DNA of 40,148 nucleotides from Perkinsus olseni (Eukaryota): NCBI GenBank assembly GCA_013115125.1, contig JABANN010000315.1, positions 1 to 40,148 of the forward strand, read 5' to 3'. Shown piece by piece: positions 12,241 to 23,038 of this stretch (position 1 is its first letter; each line of letters starts with the position of its first letter). The notes under the pieces were generated by a model. It saw only the letters and a program-made list of their open reading frames with translations, ran no database searches and was not told where the DNA came from. The position numbers and the translations under genes were made by a program.

Positions 12241-15200
12241 TCACAGACTCGCTAAAATTTGGGTGAACACCCTCGAGCTCGGACTCAATCGCTGCATGAT
12301 CTCGAGGATCCCTTCAAGCGTCACTTCGGATTTCTTCACAGCCACGATGAATTCGTCCAACCTAGCCAACTTCCTCTCTCCATAACGATAGTAATGAATA
12401 ATCGGTCTCTTTGCGAGAGACGCCGCGGCCCACTGAATCTGCCCGAAATATGCATTTTTCCACGTGCAAATCGCGCTCACCCTACAACAAATTTGAGCTG
12501 AGGATCACCGCCGAAGACTCCACATCCCCAATTGCCTGTAGCCACCCCCTTAAGAGAATCTTCTCCCTCCATGCTAGAATACTTGCATACTCTGAGAGAT
12601 CCGCTCACAGCAGAATTTGATCATCGAGTTCCACTGACTCATAATCCCATCACCGATGCTCACCCGCAATAAAATTTCCTTATTTCCCGTTCGATCAGCT
12701 GCTTCGAATATTGCTGCACGCCTGGATTGGGCAAGGCATCCACGCAGAACTGACAGCGATGAAAAGGCTGGAGCGAGCCTCTTCAGCCTGATTATGAATG
12801 CCACAATCCTGCTACTACGAGGTGCGCTATCCGGCCGTCCCCGAACTTAATTCGAGGAAAAATAATTGGACTTCACGTTCAAGTAGGGAAACTTCACCTC
12901 AGTCACCGGCTAGGACAGGGACGACCTACTGGCCACTCACGAGAGAGACATCTCTGATAGAGTTGCCGCTCAATGGCGTAGGATCATCAAACTCCCCCGT
13001 CCATTTGAATGACCCGCCATAGCCGCTGTAACTGGCAGCATCGCAAAGTGATTGTCTTCCTGTAGTCGTCAGGAGAAATCCGGCGAGGGGAGTGATCACC
13101 ACAGTCAGCTAGGGCTCCGTGGTTCAATCACTGCTGGCTTAGGCGTAATGTACGACGTTGGCACCCCACGGGGATCGTTCGAAGCCATGCTTACCAGGAG
13201 AATCGAGTGGCTCCCTCTATTCGTATCGCTTCGTGATCATTCATGACCTGAGAATATTGCCCCGAGGTTCCTGATCGACGGCCTCTGGGTGGACTCACCT
13301 CACAGAGGAGCATAGTAACAACCAACTCGGGGCATATTGAGAATCTTATCTCCTCTTGGACATTTCCACCTTCGAGCACACCACCACCAATAAACCTGAT
13401 GCTGAGTACTCAGAGTATCGCGTGGATTTCAGCCCAAACACTCGATATCTCCCAAGATCACGGCGGGTTTTCAGTCAGGAGATGAGTCCGGCCCGCCACT
13501 TGATGCGCAAAGACCGACTCAGTCAGTGAGAAAGTGAGAAATGGAATAGTGAGAAAGGCTTGCAATCTACCAGTCCGTTCGATTCGTCATTTCGCCCGAC
13601 TTGCGTATGCCGCGGCTCAATCCTCTTACCTTCTATAATGCTCATATATTATCGAATATGAAGTTCTCCGCAAACACGGCCACGGTCGCACTATAATGAC
13701 TCACGATAATGTACAGAGGCAGTCCCGTTTTATTGTAGTGTCCTCATCAGGAAAAAGAAGAAAATCGGAGTTCATGTGTCCGACCCCTTCAGTATGCCAC
13801 ACCTGTTCGCGAAGTCGGCTTGGAGGAGCCCGTGAGCATCCTCGATTCCTCCAGTATCACAAATCTTCACTTCGCATAGTTTCGAGGCTCCAGTAAGGTT
13901 TGCCTGAGGTTCGAAGAAGCGCTGAACTGTTTGTCGCGGAAACTTGAAGATCAAATTCTTTGTGCTCACGCCACGATCGTTGAGCAATTTGTCGAGTAAT
14001 AACTTTGATGTTACCAAGCAACATAGACCGTCGGGCAGCGCTGGCTGTCGTCAGCGCACGTCGTGCATCATGGCGATCCGGGCGCCATTACTTATAACCC
14101 ATTTGTCACCAAACTCAATGGAAGGAACCGAAGCTGAGCCACCTCACGGTGAGAGTCGTTGACAGCAATGCGGTTTCTCAAGTCATGATGATTTCGCCAC
14201 CGGCGTTTTGAACGAAATTGTCGAACTTCCAGGAGGACAGTCAGCTTGCGTGAGTGCTCAGGCTCGGTCGCACGAACCCGAAGCGGAAGATCACTGGCTC
14301 GACCACCGAGCCATTCAACGCCGCCTCTCTCGTGACCCGTCGGTAACGCGAGAAGCGAGGAAGTGTTAACGAGTTCCCGAAATAATGACGCTTAACTAAC
14401 TCGTTTCAGCACTCACCGGTACGATCGGAGCTCCTCTACAGATCTTGATATATTCTCTCCTGATTTTGACTTTTCCGGCCGTGTCGTTGATCGATTTGAA
14501 ATAACTGAGTTGACGCGTTAGCAGGAGTTCCCATGCGTCATGAGGTACCTCAGCAGGCAACATGCTTTCTCGACATCCTTTTCTCGAATATAGGAAAAGT
14601 CGCAGTCGGGCCTGGACTCTGGGCAGGGTTGAGGGGGGAAGCATGCAAAGAACATCCCTCCGATCAATCCGAGAACCTGACCAAGTTTGACTGAATTCGC
14701 ATGCCTCCACACTCGTCTCAAATCCTAGCCAGAATAGTTTGATCGGCAGAAAGTCATTGTGGCTCCACTACATCCATCTTCGCACGAGAATTACGCAACG
14801 CCTGGTATCCAATTTTTTTCGGGTCGGCCCACTTACATTTCTTGTGAGCGAGAGTTGTACCTACTTGCTGTTCACTCAACACACTTGTAGAACTGATCCT
14901 CGACCTCGATGCGGTATCGAACTATTCGACTCGGGTGCGGAGATTGCAATTTATGCGCGGTACTTCTACGATAACAGAGAGCCTGTATTCCTGCCGGACC
15001 TGATATCTGCTGAGAATCATTTCCTTGAAAGCCCCTTCAGATCGACATGCTGGCATCAGTGGAATGTCGGAACCTTGCAGCTGGAACGAAAATCACAAAT
15101 CCGTACTTCCTGCTGAGACGAACACGACCAAAGGGCTGGCGGGGTGGTTTTCGAGCGCGACAGGCAGTTTGGGTCCAAATCCACGAGTACTGCCTGGTTC

Positions 15201-15966
15201 TCTTTCAATCCTTCAGTCTTAAGGTTCTAAAACTACACCCTCCTGCCTAACTGGTCGATTCTGGATGAGCAGCCGTTCCTGAGCCGTAGATCTTTGGTCG
15301 GTACGGTGTGGTACGGTGAGCTCATGCAAATCGCGATTCAAGTCGGTCACTGCCTCATCATAGTCGACATGAGCTATTACGGGCGCCACGATTCAGTACT
15401 GACTTCTGTGACCGCCTGTAACACGCTCCTGATGGTGTTGATGAATTCCTCCTGGTTCTCGGAGAAAACACGTTCTACTGCGTTGCCGAGAGCTCGACAA
15501 CGACTGCTGAGAGAGATTCAACGGTAACGGCGCGGCGGCGACTTCTCAGAACTCCCATCGGAAAAAACGTTTAAGGCGGCAACTGAACTGGTTCAACCGG
15601 GCAACAGATTGGAAAATTTCGATTCGAAGCAGGTCCTACCAAACGAAATAGAATCAACTCACCTCGTAGGAGGGTGGAAGATACTCTCGTTGGCACTCAC
15701 AAAATTCGCGAGATGTGCGGAGATATCTGCAGACAATGAGTGCAGAAGACAGCCCTCTGCTGGCGTCAGTATCACAGCGGTAAGACCCACCACAAAATTT
15801 GACGGAATTGCTGTGTATAGTTGTACCTCTCAAAACCTACGGTAGATCACCTACCTCCCTGCTCTTTGGCACAACTCAGTTTGCTCATGAGGGTTTCAAT
15901 GCTCGTGGCTACCCGCGACCACTGGGCCTCTGTGGGCAGCACTACCGATGTCGCCTGACTCTCCAT
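12241..15966 (-). CDS. PARG: Poly(ADP-ribose) glycohydrolase, canonical PARG catalytic domain, multi-exon
   Basis: Spliced motifs LQADFANR|FIGGGVLEGGNVQEEIRFSICPEL (GGG...QEE catalytic loop), YSGYGGSFKW (Tyr clasp), FCVDAL...IEREIRKFYCG and VATGNWGCGVFGGDPQLKFV|IQWAAAS. Upstream LIGGMFFACFP...EKACCL|LSYF. Likely start MESQATSVVLPTEAQW at 15966. Confidence 0.95.
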
Positions 15967-16708
15967 TTCCAGCGGCTCAATGAATTTAACTGTTTTGAAT
16001 ACGAGAAGAGATAATGACGATGGCGCTGCTAAGAAACAATCGAATAAGGTATCCTAGGCTGCGTCGCGTACTAGTGTTGCTCTTCGCAGAAGCCGCAATA
16101 AGCGGTAGTCTTTGCTACCTGTATCTCCTCACAACAGAGAAAAATCTTATGGCAATTCTATTTTTGCATTCTTTCGAAATTCGGGCTTACTGACTGAGTG
16201 GGACGTTATCATCAGTGGTGATTCAACGCTCCCTTTTGTTATCTCCCACGATTTCGAATAACGTACCGTGATGCCTCGGGAAGTAGCACAGTGCGGACTT
16301 GAGCCACCTTTCCCACCAACCGCGCACGCCTTTGAAGACGCGTGCTTGCGCTCTCCTATAGCTAACGCCCGATCCTGAGAGACGGTACGCCGACCCGACA
16401 CGTTTCGCCGCACTAGGGCGCTTTCGCCCACCCTCCCTGCCCACAAAGCTATAGACTATAGCCTACAGTTGTTCAGCTAGACCACGGAGCTCGCCTACCT
16501 CGCACCCCAACACCCACATCTGCTGAGCAACTGAGCACGGACGGTCTTCGAACATTGTGTGCGCGTGATCGCGTACTACGCACACACACTTCTTTACGTT
16601 CCGTGGAACGCACAGCCGGCTAGTTCCTCTTGAGATGTAGTAGGAGAGTGAGCCGCCGTCTCTTCCACACCTTCATACCAGCCAGCGCTCCCTTCTTTCT
16701 GTTTGGGA

Positions 16709-17196
16709 ATGTGGCTCTCCCATAGAAGGCTTGATCACCAGGGTGAGGGCGAACCTTCGAATTTTCCCTTCCGAAGCCCTTCGGGGCCGTTCTTATTGCC
16801 GCCTCCAGAGCCCTCCTTGAGACCGGGTCTTCTGGACCCGCCGGACTTACCCCTGGATTCCCTTCCATCTCCTGTGCCTTCCTCGACCGATCGCTTGAGC
16901 ACTCACCAAGGGAGCAAATGGGTTCGACAGCGTCTTTTCAAGACCAAGGTGATCCACGAAGGATCGACTCGAGATCGAGGGGATCTCTCCGATCTGTTCT
17001 TCAGGTGTGCCGCTACTTCATCAAAGGCCGGTGCAAGTTTGGTGACAAATGCACTTACGCTCATTGGAGTGATGAGCTACAGCCGAGGCCGAATCTGCGT
17101 ATAACAAGGATTTGTAACAAGTTAGATTGCACAGATGATTCTTGCCGCTTCGCCCATTCTATCTATGAACTTCGAGATCCACCCATAAGCTCATAA
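16709..17196 (+). CDS. Tandem CCCH zinc-finger RNA-binding protein (TIS11/ZC3H-like); may continue to about 17800
   Basis: Spliced RQRLFKTK|VCRYFIKGRCKFGDKCTYAH (C-x7-C-x5-C-x3-H with KTK lead-in), then ELQPRPNLRITRICNKLDCTDDSCRFAH (second finger). Pro-rich N-terminus. Confidence 0.85.
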
Positions 17197-17226
17197 CTAA
17201 CGCGCATAACTAACGCATAACCCGCG
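17192..17226 (+). repeat. Short imperfect tandem repeat (about 3 copies)
   Basis: CATAACTAACGCG CATAACTAACG CATAACCCGCG. Confidence 0.8.
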
Positions 17227-18105
17227 TTCTATCCCCGAACTGATGCCGCTTCGTGTTAAGTTAGGAAAAGTTCGGGAAATGTAGTTTAACAGCTTCGCGA
17301 AGCTACCTGCAGACTTTGAAGCCTTGATGAGCTACGCACTATCGAATGCATCAGTCAAATACCATGCAGTGATATGTAGCGGCATTGGAACAGTCATGGT
17401 CAGATAATGGCAGCACTTATTTCAAGTTCATTCACCCCTCGTTCTAAGATCCCGAAGGACCAGATTCGATGTCTCTCAAGTCAAGATGGCGCGACCCGTT
17501 CGCCGACAGTACTACCAACACCTTCAGTGTGTCCGATGCACGGAAGATATTGGTAGAACCGTGAACGCACGGTATCGATAGAACAGGTGGTGTTCTCTCG
17601 AGGCTTATGCGGGCATGCTCTCGCATGTAGCGCGTACCAAAAGGCAAGCCGTTCCCTAACTGAGGCTCGAAAGTTTCTAGCCCGAGAGAGTGAATCGCCT
17701 GGCTCATTCACCGCGATCGACGAGCCATCATATCACCCATCGCCTTACCAGCGAGAAGGCGCAAAAAGTCGCCTTGCAGTATGGAGGTCAGCCAAGTGGC
17801 CAGAAAGAGAATAATGCGCAACAGGCGGTGGGCACCATTTTTTCACTACAGAAGTTGACCGCTCCGCCCACTTGCTCAACTCTTCATTCTCTCATTTAAG
17901 CATCATTCATAATTTACACCTACGACTAACAGTAACACACCGATGGGCTCAGCGACAGCCACTGCCGTCCCGAAAAACGCAATTATACGGTTTGAACGCT
18001 GTCGCGACTGCTGCGGACAGAATTGGTAAGGCGTTCAGAAAAATACTAGGAAAAAAGAGAAAAACAAAGAAATGCATCACTTGCTCAATAATTGGTTGAT
18101 AATTG

Positions 18106-21001
18106 CTATCTGAACCTGAGGCAACCTCCCATTAAAAGCATGGTGGTGGAGATCATGCTTACCCCTGTACAAGTGATGACGAGAAAAACTCCCAGAGCGA
18201 AGAGTAGCACGGCCGAGGCGTTCCTCCTGTTCCACAGAGCAGATCCGGCGGGTCTTGACTGAGAAATGAAGCAAGATAGAAGCATAGAGGCACTCATGGA
18301 GTTACATTGACGAAAAACAACGGTGGCAGGACGAATGCGATGATATTGCAAACAGTGGAGCCGAGGAAGGCGAAAACGACCTGACAGGCAAAAGTTTGTA
18401 AGCCCGGTGAACAGTGGGTCCGCACTCACCTGGATGTGAGGCACTGCGATAGCACAGGCCAGAGATGTAACGCACAATAGCAAAATCTCTGCTACATCTG
18501 AAGGCAGTAGATCATACAAGCCAGACGAGACTCTCTCGCGCGACATCGAGGGATTAACAGGATAACGAGTGATATCAGGTTCGAGTCCGAGGTGGTCCTA
18601 CGTAAACTTCTCGAAAGAGTGTGGGGGATTTGCATGACGTGGTTAATACAGAGACACATGCAGTACAACGGAACGAGCAAGGCAGGGGAGAACCACTATC
18701 ATGAGAGCAAGAGCACTCTCATTCTGAGACTATCGCAATAAGCCTCCGCACACCAAAGAAGCGTAAACTTGACTCAGCAGATTATGCCCGCCAATTTCAA
18801 GCGTGATTTCATCACGACACCAAAGCCGACGAGATCGTCGATAATATCAGGCAGTTACAATTGAAACCGCACAATCAAATTGCGTCCCCTTACTCCAAAG
18901 TTTGCTGCTGAAGCTCCTCCTTGAATGACCAACCTCATATCCTCGCAGCTCTGTCACCAAACTCTCGAGAGACTGATAACAGGGTAGGACCAAAAGGGGA
19001 TAGCTCAGGTCCAAGGTGAGGAAGAGGGCAATCCTCACTATATTAACTAGAATACCTGGAAGAAATACTTCAACGCGGAGTCGAACCCGAGTGAGAATAG
19101 TACTGTCACTAGGGAAATTGAGGAGAATATCGCCACTGACGCCACCTGGCATGTCATAGGCGTACAGGTACCTGCAAATGAGCAACGCGTATGCTCGAGA
19201 CCATCAGCAGCGGCCAGGCCACGTGATGGGTACCACCTCATCGTGACTTACCCGAACACTGCGAATGCCACATACATGATGGCGACCGAAACCATGGTCC
19301 ACCGTATGGCCTGAAGTTGCAGTGAAACCGGGGAACGATTCGGGGACAGAGGCTACCTCGTTCGAACGACTCTTAGTGGGCGCGCGCATTTCCTCTACGA
19401 CGACTGGGAGGATCTGCCAAAACCGGTGAGCCACAGAGAGAAAGATATCCTTACATTGAAGTGGCACAGATAACTGACGCTACTTATTGATATGGCGAGG
19501 AATGATGAAGTGCCACTGAAGTATTTAATCGAGACAGCAGAAACCTGAAGAAGAGCGAAGGTTCGACCCCGGCGTGGTACACTGGATGGCGAATGTCTAC
19601 TTACTGTCTCCGAGGGCTCCGCAGGGGGGACCCATTGAACAGGTTTTTCTATGATGCGAATTATTGACAGAATAACAACAGCTGCTGTGAGTGCCTGAAA
19701 TAAGACAGTAGCCGGATTCGAACCAGGGACCTCTCGATCACCCACGTACCAGCATAGCAACGATCGAGAGAACAGCAATCAATTTGAAACCGCTCATATT
19801 ATCCCGCAGACAATATGGGAACACCACGACTAGGGAAAGGACTTGTATCTGCAAAGAATGAACCTGATGACAAATCTTCCGTCCTAAATGCCCAAATTTC
19901 CGTCGGATGACCGCTCCGAACGTTTCCCAGCTAATTTCAGCCACGGAAACGATGCAGAACAGCAATCCGTTCGAGATGGGAATGAGGAAGTCAATAAGAC
20001 GAACGTAAAAACATCACAGTCCAGAACGAACGGTCTTAAAATCGGAAGGCAGACATTTGCTCAGGTCAGAAGTCTTAGACAGATGGAACGACAGCAGAAA
20101 AATTTTTCGCTGAGAGCGAGGATGAATACATATATCTTCCGGGTGCAAGGGAAAAGAACTCATGCTCTCATCATGCTCGAACCACGTGAATGGCACTTCG
20201 GTCTCACCAGAAGTGTCCGGTCGCGAAGTAATTTCCGACGGACAACAACGCGGCGTCATTAACACTACCCAGAGGCGGAGAGCCGAATAGCCGCCGGCGA
20301 ACTCCGTGATGCCAGGAAAGATCCATTCCAGAACAGGCACCATCATATCCGCCATGACGATCATGTAAGAGCCCATTACCAGCCATGTTGCTGAAACACT
20401 GAAGGTCTCAGGTTCGATCCCCGGCTAGAGGTTCTTACTTATTGCGATGCAGGCCAACGTAAGTAACTCCGCCCATTTCCCGCAGGTTGCGCGGGCAAGC
20501 GTCCCGTAGCTCGTCATTCCAGTGCCTACAACACGTGTTCAACCGCGAGGCGCTACTCCTATAGACCTACGTTTGGATGCTGCGACGAGCAGCTCGCCAG
20601 CGTAAGAACTCAGCACTCCGATGCCGAGCAAGATTAAAGTTCCTGAAAAAGATACTTGAGAGGCCGAAGCTGGCTGACTATGAAGCGACACATACGACGT
20701 AACCCCCACGGCCGAAGGGAGGAAAACTTCCTGACATTTCCCGGTGGAGCGCAAGTTGAGAATTTTAAAGAGCCTAAACCCTGACCGGGGGTTCGCAGGT
20801 AACGTGTTGATCAGCCTCTCACCTGCGATCAGCCCGCTTTGAGCTAAGGCGTAGGGTAGAGTGAGAACGCCGGCCCCAATAGCCGTGCCTGAAAGGAACG
20901 ATCTGAGTTGGAGGTGATCGACAGATTCCACTCAAATGATGTAAGGGGCTACAGGTTGAAGTATTACAGACAAGAGCGTAGATGGCATCTTTGACTCCCA
21001 T
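18106..21001 (-). CDS. Amino-acid transporter, AAAP/SLC38-like (Aa_trans) family; 14 introns
   Basis: Splicing gives one continuous frame: MGVKDAIYALVCTAIGAGVLTLPYALAQSGLIAG...TSYGTLARATCGKWAE...SYLCHFNILP...EEMRAPTK...VFGYLYAYDMPGGVSGDILLNFPSDSILVNIVRIALFLTLDLSYPLLVLPC...AIAVPHIQVVFAFLGSTVCNIIAFVLPPLFF. These are hallmark Aa_trans motifs. Confidence 0.93.
19711..19739 (-). other. tRNA 3'-half-like fragment (variable loop + T-arm) inside intron 19695-19749
   Basis: Minus strand GATCGAGAGGTCCCTGGTTCGAATCCGGC: AGGTC variable loop, T-stem 4/5 paired, TTCGAAT loop. No 5' half. Confidence 0.7.
20391..20431 (+). other. tRNA 3'-half-like fragment antisense to intron 20391-20438
   Basis: CTGAAAC-ACTGA-AGGTC-TCAGG-TTCGATC-CCCGG-CTAGAGG has canonical 7/5/5/5/7/5/7 tRNA spacing. 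No 5' half. Confidence 0.65.
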
Positions 21002-21299
21002 CCGACTCTGGCCATCCTTGTATTTGCCGTTATCACGCTCGAGTTGACAATTATGTGCTTGATCGAACTGGCCTTCGGATAGTAGACCAGCCTGAGAGAA
21101 GGTGCTACACAGTCACAATAGCCAGAGTAAGGGCTTTCAATCCTTCGCAGCATTGAGAAGTAACAGTGGAGAAGAAAACTTTACAACGCGAACAGCTGTC
21201 TCTGCGGGATCTACTACTACCAATGGCAATACCGTATTACCAATACCCCATTAAGATAGCGATTCATATGAGCGCAAAGGGGAGAGTGCCACAAGAGCT

Positions 21300-22740
21300 A
21301 CTGCTACCACCTCTCATACTACCTGGTATTCCGTAACCAGGATCCTCGTACCGGGATTTTGGCCGAATGTGGCCTGCAGTTGCTGCTTGTCACCGGTGAG
21401 CAGTTCCTCGCTCAAACCAGCCGTATCCCGCATGTTAGTCATACACCAGCAGAAAAACCCTGAGCGTCCAATATAAATTTAGCCGGCATGCATCATGCTA
21501 GTTCGACCCTGAACCATTTAAGACAGGTGAGGAGTTGGTGCCAACTAGCTTTGGACTTTGCACCGGAAGTAGAAATCTTGCTCTCTCACGACACCTCGTG
21601 TTTCCTCAGTTTTGTCGGGTAGGCGCAGGTTTACTATCTTTTACACCGTCATTGCCGCGTAAGGTCTCTTCAGAGATTTTCTTCCTCCTAAAGAGAGTAG
21701 AGTGAATATGTTGTCTTCCCATTCTCGTTAGACCCATTTTCACTGCTAGTAGAGGTGCCTAGCCTTCCGTGCCTCAGCCATTTGCCGCCTTTAAATATCT
21801 GCGCGGTGCGGTCGGCGGTGGAGTATCTTTGGCAACCGAAACTATCGTCGGACTCGCTTTTCTCAGGCTACGAGTTGTCGGTGGTGAGGCCAGGTTTCGA
21901 ACTCAGAATCACTGAGGGTAGATGTATCTGTCGACGTCTTGTGAGCTGTCGTCAAGAAATACGGTTGGTACTTGTAGGAGAATCTCCGTAGTGTGCGAAG
22001 CTCTTTGACCTAGGGTGTATCGCAACGTGGCCCTGCATGATGTCCTTAGCAGGTATCATCTTTGTGCTCCGATCTCGCGATGTTTTCGCCAAACCGTATG
22101 GAGAGAGGGGTGGTTAGAGTTGTTCCAGTGATCGAAGTGAGCCCTATCAGCACTCCGGGCACCAAGAGCGGCAATACTACTGGTAAGCTCCGTAACGAGG
22201 ACGCAGCAGAGTGGCTTCGCTTCGTACTGTATCTCTGCACGCGGGAGAGGTTTTTTGTTAGCATTCTCTCAGGCGTGTCGGATTCCTCGTCGAGGAGAGA
22301 GAGTCGCCGATTCCGTCGAGGCCGCAGGTCACAGAAGGTATGGCCTAAGTTCGATCCCTGGGGATGATATTCTCCATCAGGCGCTTGCCAATTCCTATAC
22401 CAAGGCGGACCACGGGTCACAGGAGCCGAGAGTCAAACTGGTAAGGCGAGTTTCTCTGTAGTACTGCTTCCGAAGCACTGCGTCGTTCGCGTTGAATTGT
22501 CCCAAGAAGTCTTCTTGACGAAGAATTGCGCGTGCAAACAAGACGGAGGGGAAAAGATGATAGATTCATATTGTGCAGTGAGTTGAGCGCTGAATAATCA
22601 AGGCGTAGAGGTATAATTTGGAGTATCCTGTTCGTAGTATCGGCGTGGGGCATGCTTCTTTCTCCGGGTTGATCGATGGTTAACGAGATACAACAGCTCA
22701 GTGCTGTTCCGGTGACTGTTGGATCACCATTGTAGCACAT
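21300..22740 (-). CDS. Probable hypothetical multi-exon gene (structure unresolved)
   Basis: Minus-strand GT/AG patterns and open segments (e.g. EKSESDDSFGCQRYSTADRTAQIFKGGKWL). Frames not fully joined. Confidence 0.25.
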
Positions 22741-23038
22741 ACTACTCTTTCAGCGGTAGAGGATTCTTGTTATTGACGATATGGGAAATTTCTTGGCCAG
22801 GAATTAAGGCGCGTGGGAGAGGCCCTCTGACGATGCTCTTCGTATGATGGTGTACTATATTTGGGGTACATATCACCCTTAGCAGATTATATATGGTAGC
22901 AACAAAATGTATATTCGATAATACAGAGATTTCTGATGGCGGCCCTCTTCGGACTCACTTTCTGCTCGGGGCGAGTGTTCGGAGAACACAGGAGGACTTA
23001 CCTCCTCTTACGCTTCATTTCCTAAAGATCGATCTCAG

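Noticed and set aside
13527-13557. GTGAGAAA repeated three times in a PARG intron
   Set aside because: Short purine-rich low-complexity repeat (a pyrimidine tract on the coding strand); no spacer structure, not CRISPR-like.
16298-16306. Minus-strand TGGCTCAAG resembling the 3' end of the perkinsid/dinoflagellate spliced leader
   Set aside because: Only 9 nt match and the 5' part (CCGTAGCCAT) is absent, so it is not supportable as an SL RNA gene or relic.
20060-20175. Possible C/D snoRNA in the 420-nt intron (minus-strand ATGATGA ... CTGA)
   Set aside because: The terminal stem is only about 2 bp and I could not recognise an rRNA/snRNA-complementary guide.
18560-20440. Complete tRNA genes at the B-box sites
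   Set aside because: No A-box/D-arm or matching acceptor 5' strand at the right distance; the upstream positions are transporter exon or unrelated intron sequence.
20773-20784. CCTAAACCCTGA resembling a TTTAGGG telomere repeat or telomerase template
   Set aside because: Under two repeat units with no supporting context; compatible with chance.
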